This document shows positions 7,258 to 15,164 of a stretch of DNA of 24,413 nt, piece by piece (within the stretch, counting starts at the first letter, position 1; each line of letters starts with the position of its first letter). The notes beneath the pieces were generated by a model. The model saw only the letters and a program-made list of their open reading frames with translations, ran no database searches and was not told the DNA's origin. The stretch comes from Candidatus Krumholzibacteriia bacterium. GTDB taxonomy: Bacteria; Krumholzibacteriota; Krumholzibacteriia; WVZY01. The stretch spans positions 1 through 24,413 of the forward strand of contig JBHHVD010000047.1 of assembly GCA_046754105.1 (NCBI GenBank). The letters are read 5' to 3'. A program made the translations under genes and the position numbers.

Positions 7258-8610
7258 TCAGCGGGTAGTTTTTTGCACGGCCAGGTGTGGTAACAGCGCT
7301 GCAGCGTTGTCCCGGATGAACCCGGCGACAACCTCCGCTACGACCTCGCTGCCGTGAGCAGACAGATGATCATCGTCCAGAAAGAAGTCCGCGGGGCTTC
7401 CCTTCCGGGCGGTGATCTTCTCGTTTAGAATGGGCAGCAAGTCGAGGTAAGGCACCTGTTGCCCTCCGGCGTGCTTCCCCACGATCTCCTGCGGTCCCGA
7501 CAACAGCTCCACGTTCTCGAATTGATACGTAAAAGGAAACGCCACGAGCAGCACCGGGATGTCACTCCGCCGGCAGAACTCGAAGATCCCCGTGAGATTT
7601 TCCAGTGTTATCTCCCACGCACGCTCGAAGTTCCGGCTCCGGGGGTCATCGACGAGCCGCTGGACGCTCATCGCTTCCTTCTCCCTCGCGCCGGCCCCGA
7701 CGTCCTCTCCGAACCGCCTCCGCACCAGCATCTTGTATACAACGTGAACGCTGGCGCTGTGGTGGCGCAGCCAGTCAAAGAATGAGTAGTACGATTCGGT
7801 CAGCTGCCAGCCCTCGCCCGCCCCACCGAAACGCGCCAGCTGCGACTTCTCGCCGACGTCGTTCAAGACGAACGAGACGACGACGAGGTCCGGGTCGTAC
7901 CGAATCCCCTCCTTCTCCAGAAAGATCCGTTCCTGCCACGGTGAGTACCCCCCCACGGCTGCGTTGACGGTTTCGATCTCTTCCCCGAACAGGTCCTCCA
8001 GTATGGGCTCCATCCGGTATGGAAAGGACTCGCCGTAGCTCTCCAGCCCGAAGCCGAACGTCACCGAGTCACCGAGGTAGAGGATTCGCGTCCGTCCCGG
8101 CGCCTTCTCGTATTCGAGTTCCGGGCCGCGAAGACCCTTTGCATTGATTCTCACCCGGACACCCTTCCAGTTGTCCTCCGTGCCGGGACGGAGCTTCCAG
8201 CCAAGATCCTTGTCCTTGATGAAAACAGACGACTCCTTATGGCGAAGACGGACGATGGGGCGGAGACACGCCTCGACGACGAGGACGGGAGCCACCAGCG
8301 TCAGCACCAGAATCGTACACTTGGCGACACCGTCGCGGCCAAACGTCCTGCGGAGTGCGTGGCCACCAGTCTCCCGCAGGAGAACCCGAGATAGCCACAG
8401 CAGTGAAAGGCCGACAAGCAAATAGACCACTTCGACCCGGCGTACTTTCGCAGCCGTCCCGATCTCGAGCGGCGGGTTCGGATCGAAACGCGCGATCAAG
8501 AACTCATTGTAGAAGAGCGCGAGAAACACGAATACGATACCGGCGAGCATGAGCATGATCGCCGGCATCCTTGCGTCGTGCTGTTGGTTCTTCATGGTAT
8601 CTCGTTTCAA
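7258..8610 (-). CDS. Membrane-anchored SGNH/GDSL hydrolase-fold protein (possible O-acyltransferase or esterase)
   Basis: Block I LGDSVTFG, block II NAAVGGYS, block III VLND, block V DDDH; three N-terminal TM segments. Start is TTG 8610 (overlapping the upstream stop) or ATG 8595. Confidence 0.85.
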   Translation of the reverse strand: MKRDTMKNQQHDARMPAIMLMLAGIVFVFLALFYNEFLIARFDPNPPLEIGTAAKVRRVEVVYLLVGLSLLWLSRVLLRETGGHALRRTFGRDGVAKCTILVLTLVAPVLVVEACLRPIVRLRHKESSVFIKDKDLGWKLRPGTEDNWKGVRVRINAKGLRGPELEYEKAPGRTRILYLGDSVTFGFGLESYGESFPYRMEPILEDLFGEEIETVNAAVGGYSPWQERIFLEKEGIRYDPDLVVVSFVLNDVGEKSQLARFGGAGEGWQLTESYYSFFDWLRHHSASVHVVYKMLVRRRFGEDVGAGAREKEAMSVQRLVDDPRSRNFERAWEITLENLTGIFEFCRRSDIPVLLVAFPFTYQFENVELLSGPQEIVGKHAGGQQVPYLDLLPILNEKITARKGSPADFFLDDDHLSAHGSEVVAEVVAGFIRDNAAALLPHLAVQKTTR

Positions 8611-10217
8611 CGCCCATGCGTCGGGCCGGCAATGCCGGCTACGTCCACGCGGTACAACCTGCGGCCGGGCTCGACCGCCAGCACTTCGGCGCTCTCGAAG
8701 CCGAGACTGTCCGGGCGAACCGTGAAATACACGGCGACCGGCGCCTTTTCGCGGATAAGGCGCGCCATGTACTCGGGGCGTGGCAGCACGTAATGGATAC
8801 CGACGTCTCGCAACAAACCTTTGGCGAGTTTATGATAAAAGAGCACGTTACCCTCGGCCCAGGCGGCAAAGATCAGGCTATTCGGCGCGACGGCCCCCGC
8901 CACGCTCTCGCCGTAGAGCCTGCCCTTGTTTCCACTCGCGATCAGGTGCCAGAAGAGGCCGCTGCCCGCTTCCACTTCCGCGACGCCCTCCGCGGAGCGG
9001 AGAAAGCGGGCGAACGGAGAAGCAGCAAGGTGTCGGAGAACGGGTAGCGCGACCAGAGCCCCCCCCAGCACGACCGGCAGAAGCACCCTTCTCCCCCGAG
9101 CGGCGCCGCGGCGGGCCAATGCTACCCCTTGTGAGAGGTACAGACACAAGACGACGTAGATGGGGATGGAGTACGTGTACGTCAGCGACCCGCCCGAGAG
9201 ATAGTTCACGGCCAGCGCGCCGTACGTGGCCATGAGCAGCAACCAGAACCACCTCAGGCGGCTGTCCCGCCATAGTGAAACAAATCCCGCCATCATGATA
9301 AATGGGGCGAGAAAAGGAAACTCGAGTGAGACGAGGTGGCGGACCCACAGCACGGCCCGCGCGGCGAAGGCCGCCGGTGTCTGCACGATCTCGCCGTATC
9401 GGGCGGGCCACATTTGAAAACGCAGCCGCTCCCAGAAACCGGCGAATGCAGCCGGATCGAGACCACGGTCGGCGTAGAGGTATTGTCCCTGGTTATCGTA
9501 CCAGTTGAGCGTGTTCGGGTTGCCGTCGATGACGTACGTGTACACGTAGAGGGTGAAAGGCAGCAGGAACAACGCGGCCGCGGCCAACGCGTGCCTCGCA
9601 GAGTACCGCTGCCGAACGCGCCAGCGGTACCGCCACAGGACGAGCGCCAGCGCGGGCAACACCGCTACGTTGAGTTGATGGTGTGATACGACCAGCCCGG
9701 TGGTAAACGCCAGCGCCAGCCACGCCGGCACCGAATCGGCCGCTACCCATCGCGTCAGGCACAGCAGAAAGATGATGAAAAGCAGCGTGCTCAGGGCGTA
9801 GATCTCCGCCACCACCGCGATCTGCCAGAAGGCGTGCGACAAGCCGAACGCCGCACACGCGATCATCGAGGCCAGTGCGTCCCCCGTCATCTGTACGAAG
9901 AGCAAGAACAGGAGACCGATCGAGACCGACGCGCACAGGGCGGACAACAATGTGATCCGGAACGCCGGCTCCCCGATGGGCAGAAGCGCCGCGCAGTTAC
10001 TCAGCACGCACCACAACGGGTAGGGTTGGTGCGGGATACCGCCCACCACCCCGATGGTCTGAAACTGGGCGGCGTCACCCGCGTCCATCGTGACGTCGTA
10101 GTGCGACGTCAGCAGGTAAAAAACCAGAAAGACGGCCGCCAACGCGGCGACGCACGCGCCCACGTCGCGTCGCGGCATTCTTCGATCGCCCGGCGTGGAT
10201 TCCACGATTTCTCTCAC
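8607..10217 (-). CDS. DUF2723/TMEM260-like multi-pass GT-C glycosyltransferase
   Basis: N-terminal TM then 'GDAAQFQ...GIPHQPYPLW' (family pattern D..EF...GI.HPPGYPL), FW..A.VAEIYAL, SHH, and roughly ten TM helices. GTG start overlaps the lysA stop (GTGA); ATG 10178 is an alternative. Confidence 0.75.
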   Translation of the reverse strand: MREIVESTPGDRRMPRRDVGACVAALAAVFLVFYLLTSHYDVTMDAGDAAQFQTIGVVGGIPHQPYPLWCVLSNCAALLPIGEPAFRITLLSALCASVSIGLLFLLFVQMTGDALASMIACAAFGLSHAFWQIAVVAEIYALSTLLFIIFLLCLTRWVAADSVPAWLALAFTTGLVVSHHQLNVAVLPALALVLWRYRWRVRQRYSARHALAAAALFLLPFTLYVYTYVIDGNPNTLNWYDNQGQYLYADRGLDPAAFAGFWERLRFQMWPARYGEIVQTPAAFAARAVLWVRHLVSLEFPFLAPFIMMAGFVSLWRDSRLRWFWLLLMATYGALAVNYLSGGSLTYTYSIPIYVVLCLYLSQGVALARRGAARGRRVLLPVVLGGALVALPVLRHLAASPFARFLRSAEGVAEVEAGSGLFWHLIASGNKGRLYGESVAGAVAPNSLIFAAWAEGNVLFYHKLAKGLLRDVGIHYVLPRPEYMARLIREKAPVAVYFTVRPDSLGFESAEVLAVEPGRRLYRVDVAGIAGPTHGR

Positions 10218-11473
10218 CCCTCGGTCTCGCTGCCGTCCACGTCGAACAAGCGCATGTGATCCTCGAAGCGCTCTGCGCGCCGGATGCAGGTCAGTTCGTC
10301 CCCGTCCACCAGGTATTCTCCGGGTTTCGTCCTCGCGTTGTAGTTCGAGCTCATCGCGTAGCCGTACGCTCCGGTATCGAATACGACCACACCCGCCCCC
10401 TCTCGCGGCGTGGCCAGTTTCCGGTCCTTGCCGAGAAAGTCGGCCGATTCACATACCGGGCCTACGACGTCAAACGTATCGGCGCGGCCGCCCGCAGGCT
10501 CCACGAACCCGATGTGGTGGTAGGCACCGTAGAGGCTCGGCCGTATGAGTTCCGACATGCTGGCGTCGGTTACGATGAAGCGCTTGTTCTCGCCCTCTTT
10601 CACTCCGATCACCCGGCCCACCAGTACACCCGCGCTTCCCACGATCGAACGCCCGGGCTCGATGACCAGAGTGACGTCTTCGCCGAGCAGCGGCCGAACA
10701 GCATCGATCAGGTCGGCCGTTTCGGGTAGCGCCTCTTCGCGTTTATAATCGATCCCCAGTCCGCCGCCGATGTTCACGTACCGCGCTTCGAAGCCGGCAC
10801 ACCGCACCTGCGCGAGCGCCTGCACCATGAGGGCGGCCGCCTCGCGAAACGGCTCTACGCTCTGGATCGTGGACCCGAGATGGCAATGCACTCCGACCAG
10901 CTCCAGTCGGCTCGCGGCCCGGACGCGGTCGATCATCTTCGAAAGCCCGCGGCTGTGAATCCCGAACTTGGAGTCGCGGATTCCGGTTGCCACGTACGGG
11001 TGAACCTCCGGGTCCAGATCGGGATTGATACGGATCAGCACTCGCGCCGGCCTGGCCGCGTCGCGCGCCGCCTGTTCGATGTGCATCAGATCGAACTCGC
11101 TATCGATGTTGAACATCACCCCGTGGCGCGCGGCGAGTTGGAGTTCGGGCACGGTCTTGCCGTTTCCGTTGAACAGGGCGCGGTCCGCCTCGAAACCCGC
11201 CGCCAGGGCCAGGCGCAACTCGTTGCCGCTAACCAGGGTCGCACCCGCGCCCAGCCGTCGCAGATGGGTGAGCAGCGTCAGGTTGCTGTTTGCCTTCAAC
11301 GCGTAGGAGACGATCGCCGGAAGGTCGCCCAGCGCCGAGGTGTAAGCCCGGTAGTTGCCGGCGAGCTGGGCCCGGCTGTAGAGATAGAAAGGGCTGTCCG
11401 GGACCCGGTCCTGTATGTCCTTGACGCGCAGCCGTTCGCAGTAAAGAACGTCTTTCTCGTAGTGAAAGCTCAT
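10214..11473 (-). CDS. lysA: Diaminopimelate decarboxylase
   Basis: YALKAN (PLP lysine), HCHLGS, NIGGGLG, IEPGRS, RPSLY, VVGPVCESAD, GAYG..MSSNYN. Start corrected to ATG 11473. Confidence 0.93.
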   Translation of the reverse strand: MSFHYEKDVLYCERLRVKDIQDRVPDSPFYLYSRAQLAGNYRAYTSALGDLPAIVSYALKANSNLTLLTHLRRLGAGATLVSGNELRLALAAGFEADRALFNGNGKTVPELQLAARHGVMFNIDSEFDLMHIEQAARDAARPARVLIRINPDLDPEVHPYVATGIRDSKFGIHSRGLSKMIDRVRAASRLELVGVHCHLGSTIQSVEPFREAAALMVQALAQVRCAGFEARYVNIGGGLGIDYKREEALPETADLIDAVRPLLGEDVTLVIEPGRSIVGSAGVLVGRVIGVKEGENKRFIVTDASMSELIRPSLYGAYHHIGFVEPAGGRADTFDVVGPVCESADFLGKDRKLATPREGAGVVVFDTGAYGYAMSSNYNARTKPGEYLVDGDELTCIRRAERFEDHMRLFDVDGSETEG

Positions 11474-11496
11474 CGGGTCGTGTTCCGCATCTTCTG

Positions 11497-13389
11497 TCAA
11501 TCGATGTAACCGAGGGTTTTTAACGACCGGTACGTTGCCGAGTCCAGCACCGCGGGCACGTGCGAGACCGGCCCGCCACCTTCGGCCTCCAGCCACATCG
11601 CGAAGGCACCCAGCACCCGGCGCTCGTTTGCGGCAAGCGCCGGCCGGGCCTGCACGAGGTTGCGCGTCTCCCCCGGGTCTGCCGCGAGGTCGTAGAGTTC
11701 ATCGGCGCCCAGGCCGCCCTCGAGCCGTGCGTCCATTGACCACACGACGGCCCCCACCCCCCGGGGGGCCCGCGCCCACGTCTTGAGGCGTTGCACGTAC
11801 TTGGTCGCGCCTCTTCGAAGGGCGCGCGTCCGGCCTGCGGAATCGTGCTCGTGGTAGCCCGCTTCTATGAAAACGAAATCCCGTGGGCCGGCGTCGCTAA
11901 GCCCCAGCGCCGCCGGCAAAAAGCTCCGCCCCTGCACGATGTCCGGTACCTCCAGCCACAGGGCGTCGAGCACCGTGGGCAGAACGTCGACGACACCGAC
12001 CAGCGCATCCGATACCGACCCCGAGGGGATGACACCGGGCGCCGAGATGACGAGCGGAACACGCGACGAGGGCTCGTACGGGTGAAGACCGTGGCTGTAG
12101 TAGTACTCGTGCTCCCCCAGGCTCTCGCCGTGATCTGCCGTGAACACGATCAGGGTCCGCGTCCGTGCCCCGCTCGTGTCGAGCCAGTCCAGGATCTTGC
12201 CGACGTGGTGATCCGTATATCGGATCTCGCCGTCGTAGAGGTCGATCTGCCTCCCCTCACTGCCGTCTCCGAACGTCGTGTCGTGCGGCGGCGGCGGTGA
12301 ATACGGCGTATGCGGGTCGGTGAAATGTATCCACAGGAACCACGGTTCGTCCCCGGCGCCGTGCTCGTCCAGCCAGCGGATCGCCAGGTCGGCACCGGCA
12401 TCCGCGCGCTTGTGCCCGAAGACGTAGCGGTCGAACCCCTGGTCGAAATCGTAGACCGGGTACAGGTTACCGTTCGTGATGACCGCCGCGGTGGTCCATC
12501 CCGCCGCGCGCAGATACTCGGCCAGTGTCTCGTTGGCGGCGGCCAGTGGCTGCATCGCCCCGTGGACGCCGTGGCGCGCTGGATACGTGCCGGTAAAGAG
12601 CGTGGCGAAGCTCGGACTCGTCTTCGGCCGCTGGCACAGCGCGTGCGTGAACCTAACACCGGTTTCGGCCAGCGCGTCGATACGGGGAGAGGTGTTGCGC
12701 TCGTAGCCGTAACACCCGAGGTGGTCGGCGCGAAGCGTGTCCACGGTCAACAGGAGAATATTCCAACGGCTGGCCGGAAAACCGGTCGATCGGATCGCGA
12801 AGCGCGAACTCGCCTCGCTGCGCAGAACCTCGAGGGGACTCGACGTCGCGAGCCCTTCGCTTCCCGTCTTCTGCGGACCCGCGAACCACGACGCTCCGTA
12901 GAGAGCCATCCACAAGAAGAGAAGAATCACCCACCCCGCACGCGGTGGAGCGAAGCGGCGCCCGTCGCCCACGGCACCCCGGCCCGGGGCACGCGCGAAC
13001 CTGGCCAGCAATACAACCAGGGCGGCCACCGCGATCAAACCGGCGACGGGAACCCCGAGCCGGCCCAGGAGAATCTTGGTGACAAACGCGACCCACGGCG
13101 CCGCATACAGAATGACGAGCAGGACGGGCACCCACCACCGTTCGCCGATCGGCAGCCGCAAGCGGGTTCCGGCGCCGAGAAGCGTCCCCGCGACGAGCCC
13201 GACCCCCGCGCCGGTGATCCCCACGAGCGCCGCGTAGCGCGCGAAAGAGGCCACGATCTCGCCGGCACCGGCGGGCACGTAGAGCCCGCCGCTGGCCAGG
13301 ATGGCGGCGTGGCCGACACCAAGCACCATACCGGTGACAAGACCCTCGAAGACACTTGCTTTGATGACCACGCTGCGGGTTCGAAACAT
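11497..13389 (-). CDS. Sulfatase-fold (alkaline phosphatase superfamily) protein with about 5 N-terminal TM helices and Thr at the nucleophile position
   Basis: NILLLTVDTLRADHLGCYGY, PKTSPSFATLFTG, HFTDPHTPY, YDGEI, TADHGE, RVPL, ELYDL..DPGE, C-terminal LKTLGYI. SD AAGGAG. Confidence 0.85.
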   Translation of the reverse strand: MFRTRSVVIKASVFEGLVTGMVLGVGHAAILASGGLYVPAGAGEIVASFARYAALVGITGAGVGLVAGTLLGAGTRLRLPIGERWWVPVLLVILYAAPWVAFVTKILLGRLGVPVAGLIAVAALVVLLARFARAPGRGAVGDGRRFAPPRAGWVILLFLWMALYGASWFAGPQKTGSEGLATSSPLEVLRSEASSRFAIRSTGFPASRWNILLLTVDTLRADHLGCYGYERNTSPRIDALAETGVRFTHALCQRPKTSPSFATLFTGTYPARHGVHGAMQPLAAANETLAEYLRAAGWTTAAVITNGNLYPVYDFDQGFDRYVFGHKRADAGADLAIRWLDEHGAGDEPWFLWIHFTDPHTPYSPPPPHDTTFGDGSEGRQIDLYDGEIRYTDHHVGKILDWLDTSGARTRTLIVFTADHGESLGEHEYYYSHGLHPYEPSSRVPLVISAPGVIPSGSVSDALVGVVDVLPTVLDALWLEVPDIVQGRSFLPAALGLSDAGPRDFVFIEAGYHEHDSAGRTRALRRGATKYVQRLKTWARAPRGVGAVVWSMDARLEGGLGADELYDLAADPGETRNLVQARPALAANERRVLGAFAMWLEAEGGGPVSHVPAVLDSATYRSLKTLGYID

Positions 13390-13461
13390 CGCCGGGCTCT
13401 CCTTCTCTCCCTACCCCGTCGCGAGACGCACGTTTGAGGCGTTTGGCGTTCGGATGATCCG

Positions 13462-13490
13462 ATCTTAGGGAATTCAGACGGCTTCGTCAA
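13462..13490 (-). promoter_or_regulatory. Near-consensus sigma-70 promoter for the sulfatase-lysA-GT-SGNH operon
   Basis: Minus strand: TTGACG (13490-13485), 17 nt, TAAGAT (13467-13462). Confidence 0.7.
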
Positions 13491-13597
13491 AGGAATGATC
13501 CGCAGCGCCCGGACGCCACCGCCAGCAGGATGATCACGAGTGTGAGCAGGTTGGCGAGGAGGTGGCGCTCTGCGAAAAACCGTCTAAAGGTTCTCAC
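13487..13597 (-). pseudogene. N-terminal remnant of an RND (AcrB-family) efflux permease, 36 aa
   Basis: GTG 22 nt after the arsM stop gives MRTFRRFFAERHLLANLLTLVIILLA, the typical first helix and TM1 of RND permeases (FF...h.ANLL...I...), then unrelated residues and a stop. Confidence 0.55.
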
Positions 13598-13619
13598 TTG
13601 CTCGTGCCTTGCCGGCGGT

Positions 13620-14408
13620 TTACGGCTTGGCGGCCTGGATGCTCGCCGATACGACGGAATCTTCGAGGCGCATACCCGGTGCCCATTCGCCAACGATTTC
13701 ACGGCTCCGGAAGAGCGGTGTGATTCGGACGTCGGTGAAGCCAACGTCGGCCAGCAGCGATTCCAGGGTAGGGATCGCCTCCGCGCCCGCCACGCATCCC
13801 GTGTGGAGCGCGAGGTCTTGCCTTATTGTCTCGGGAAGCTCCGCGGTGGCCACGACGTCGGAGACGGCCAGCCTGCCACCCGGCTTCAGTACGCGAAACG
13901 CTTCCGCGAAAACCCGCGACTTGTCGGGCGAGAGGTTGATGACACAGTTGGAAATGATGACGTCGGCGAAATCGCCGGCAACCGGCAGTTGTTCGATCTC
14001 ACCCAGGCGAAATTCCACGTTGTCCAGCCCCGCTGTTTCCGCGTTCTCTCGCGCTCTACCGATCATCTCCGGGGTCATGTCGACGCCGACAACGCGGCCG
14101 TCGTCGCCCACCGCCCTCGCGGCCAGGAAGCAATCGAAACCAGCCCCACTCCCCAGATCGACCACCGTCTCTCCGGGCCTCAGCGACGCGATCGCCTGGG
14201 GGTTCCCGCATCCCAGCCCCAGGTTGGCACCCTCGGGCGCCGCCGCGACTTCCCTTTCCGAGTAGCCAAGCCCTCTCGAAACATCTTCTGCACGAACACC
14301 CGAACCGCAACACCGGCTCTCACCCGCACCGCATCCGGCAGCGGTGGCGATGCCGCCGTAGCTCCTGCGCACCGCCCTGCGTATTTCCTCATCGTTTCGC
14401 TTTCTCAT
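13620..14408 (-). CDS. arsM: Arsenite S-adenosylmethionine methyltransferase
   Basis: N-terminal Cys cluster (GC...RCCGS), ANLGLGCGNP, VVDLGSGAGFDCF, ISNCVINLSPDK, GCVAGA. SD AAGGAG. Confidence 0.92.
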   Translation of the reverse strand: MRKRNDEEIRRAVRRSYGGIATAAGCGAGESRCCGSGVRAEDVSRGLGYSEREVAAAPEGANLGLGCGNPQAIASLRPGETVVDLGSGAGFDCFLAARAVGDDGRVVGVDMTPEMIGRARENAETAGLDNVEFRLGEIEQLPVAGDFADVIISNCVINLSPDKSRVFAEAFRVLKPGGRLAVSDVVATAELPETIRQDLALHTGCVAGAEAIPTLESLLADVGFTDVRITPLFRSREIVGEWAPGMRLEDSVVSASIQAAKP

Positions 14409-14460
14409 TTTGTCTCGCTCCTTATCAATAAAAACCGTGAACGTCCGATACCTTCACCCC

Positions 14461-14488
14461 ATAGACGTCAACGATCCGCAAAGGACGC
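14461..14488 (-). promoter_or_regulatory. ECF-type promoter candidate upstream of arsM
   Basis: Minus strand GCGTCCTTT-12 nt-CGTCTAT. CGTC is a typical ECF -10 core. It lies between sigZ and arsM. Confidence 0.5.
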
Positions 14489-14505
14489 GGCTTTTCTCGA
14501 ACCTG

Positions 14506-15054
14506 TCAGCAGTTCTCGCAGTCGGTTCCCTTCTTTTCCCAGTCGACGACCCTCCCGCGGTGGTCGAACTCGAAGCGGCAGCAGTCCACCAGCGTCTGCT
14601 TGAGCATCGCCCGCCCGCGCTGGACCCGCGACTTCGCTCCGGAGAGCGAAATCCCCTGTCGTTTGGCGAGTTCCTTTTGTGCCAGGCCCTCGATCTCGGA
14701 GAGCCGCAGCGCCTCGCGATAGGGTTCGGGGAGCGTGAGGATCATGGGCACAAGCCAGCTCTGGATCTCCCCGCGGGTTCGTTCGGTTGGATCGGCCTCG
14801 GGAGCCGTCATCGAGTCGGGAACCTCCGCCGTTTCCTTGCGAGAGCGGTAGTAATCGACGATGGCGTTTCGGGTGATGCGGTAGATCCAGCTCCCGACCT
14901 TGCGGTCATCGCGGAGCGTGTCGATGCGGGAATGAATTCGCAGGAACACTTCCTGCAGGATGTCATCCGACTCGGTGGAATCACCGACTCGGCTCTCTAT
15001 GAAGCGGCGAAGCCCATCGTGGTACTGCCGCCATATGTTCTCGGTCTGACTCAT
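14506..15054 (-). CDS. sigZ: ECF RNA polymerase sigma factor, SigZ-type, with Cys-rich C-terminus
   Basis: DDILQEVF, SWIYRITRNAIVDYYR (region 2), LPEPYREAL..EIEGL.QKELA...GISLSGAKSRVQRGR (region 4), tail DCC.FEFDHRG...DCENC. Confidence 0.9.
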   Translation of the reverse strand: MSQTENIWRQYHDGLRRFIESRVGDSTESDDILQEVFLRIHSRIDTLRDDRKVGSWIYRITRNAIVDYYRSRKETAEVPDSMTAPEADPTERTRGEIQSWLVPMILTLPEPYREALRLSEIEGLAQKELAKRQGISLSGAKSRVQRGRAMLKQTLVDCCRFEFDHRGRVVDWEKKGTDCENC

Positions 15055-15129
15055 GGTGGTGGGGCGACCGGCCCGGGGCCAATACTCATAAATAAACGAT
15101 ATCTGGTCGCGAGGGCAAATCTGCTTTTG

Positions 15130-15143
15130 TTGACAATAATCAA
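15130..15143 (-). promoter_or_regulatory. FNR/CRP-family-like box upstream of sigZ
   Basis: Minus strand TTGAT-TATT-GTCAA, one mismatch from TTGAT-N4-ATCAA. Confidence 0.45.
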
Positions 15144-15164
15144 GGCGGGGCGCTTACCGTGCCG

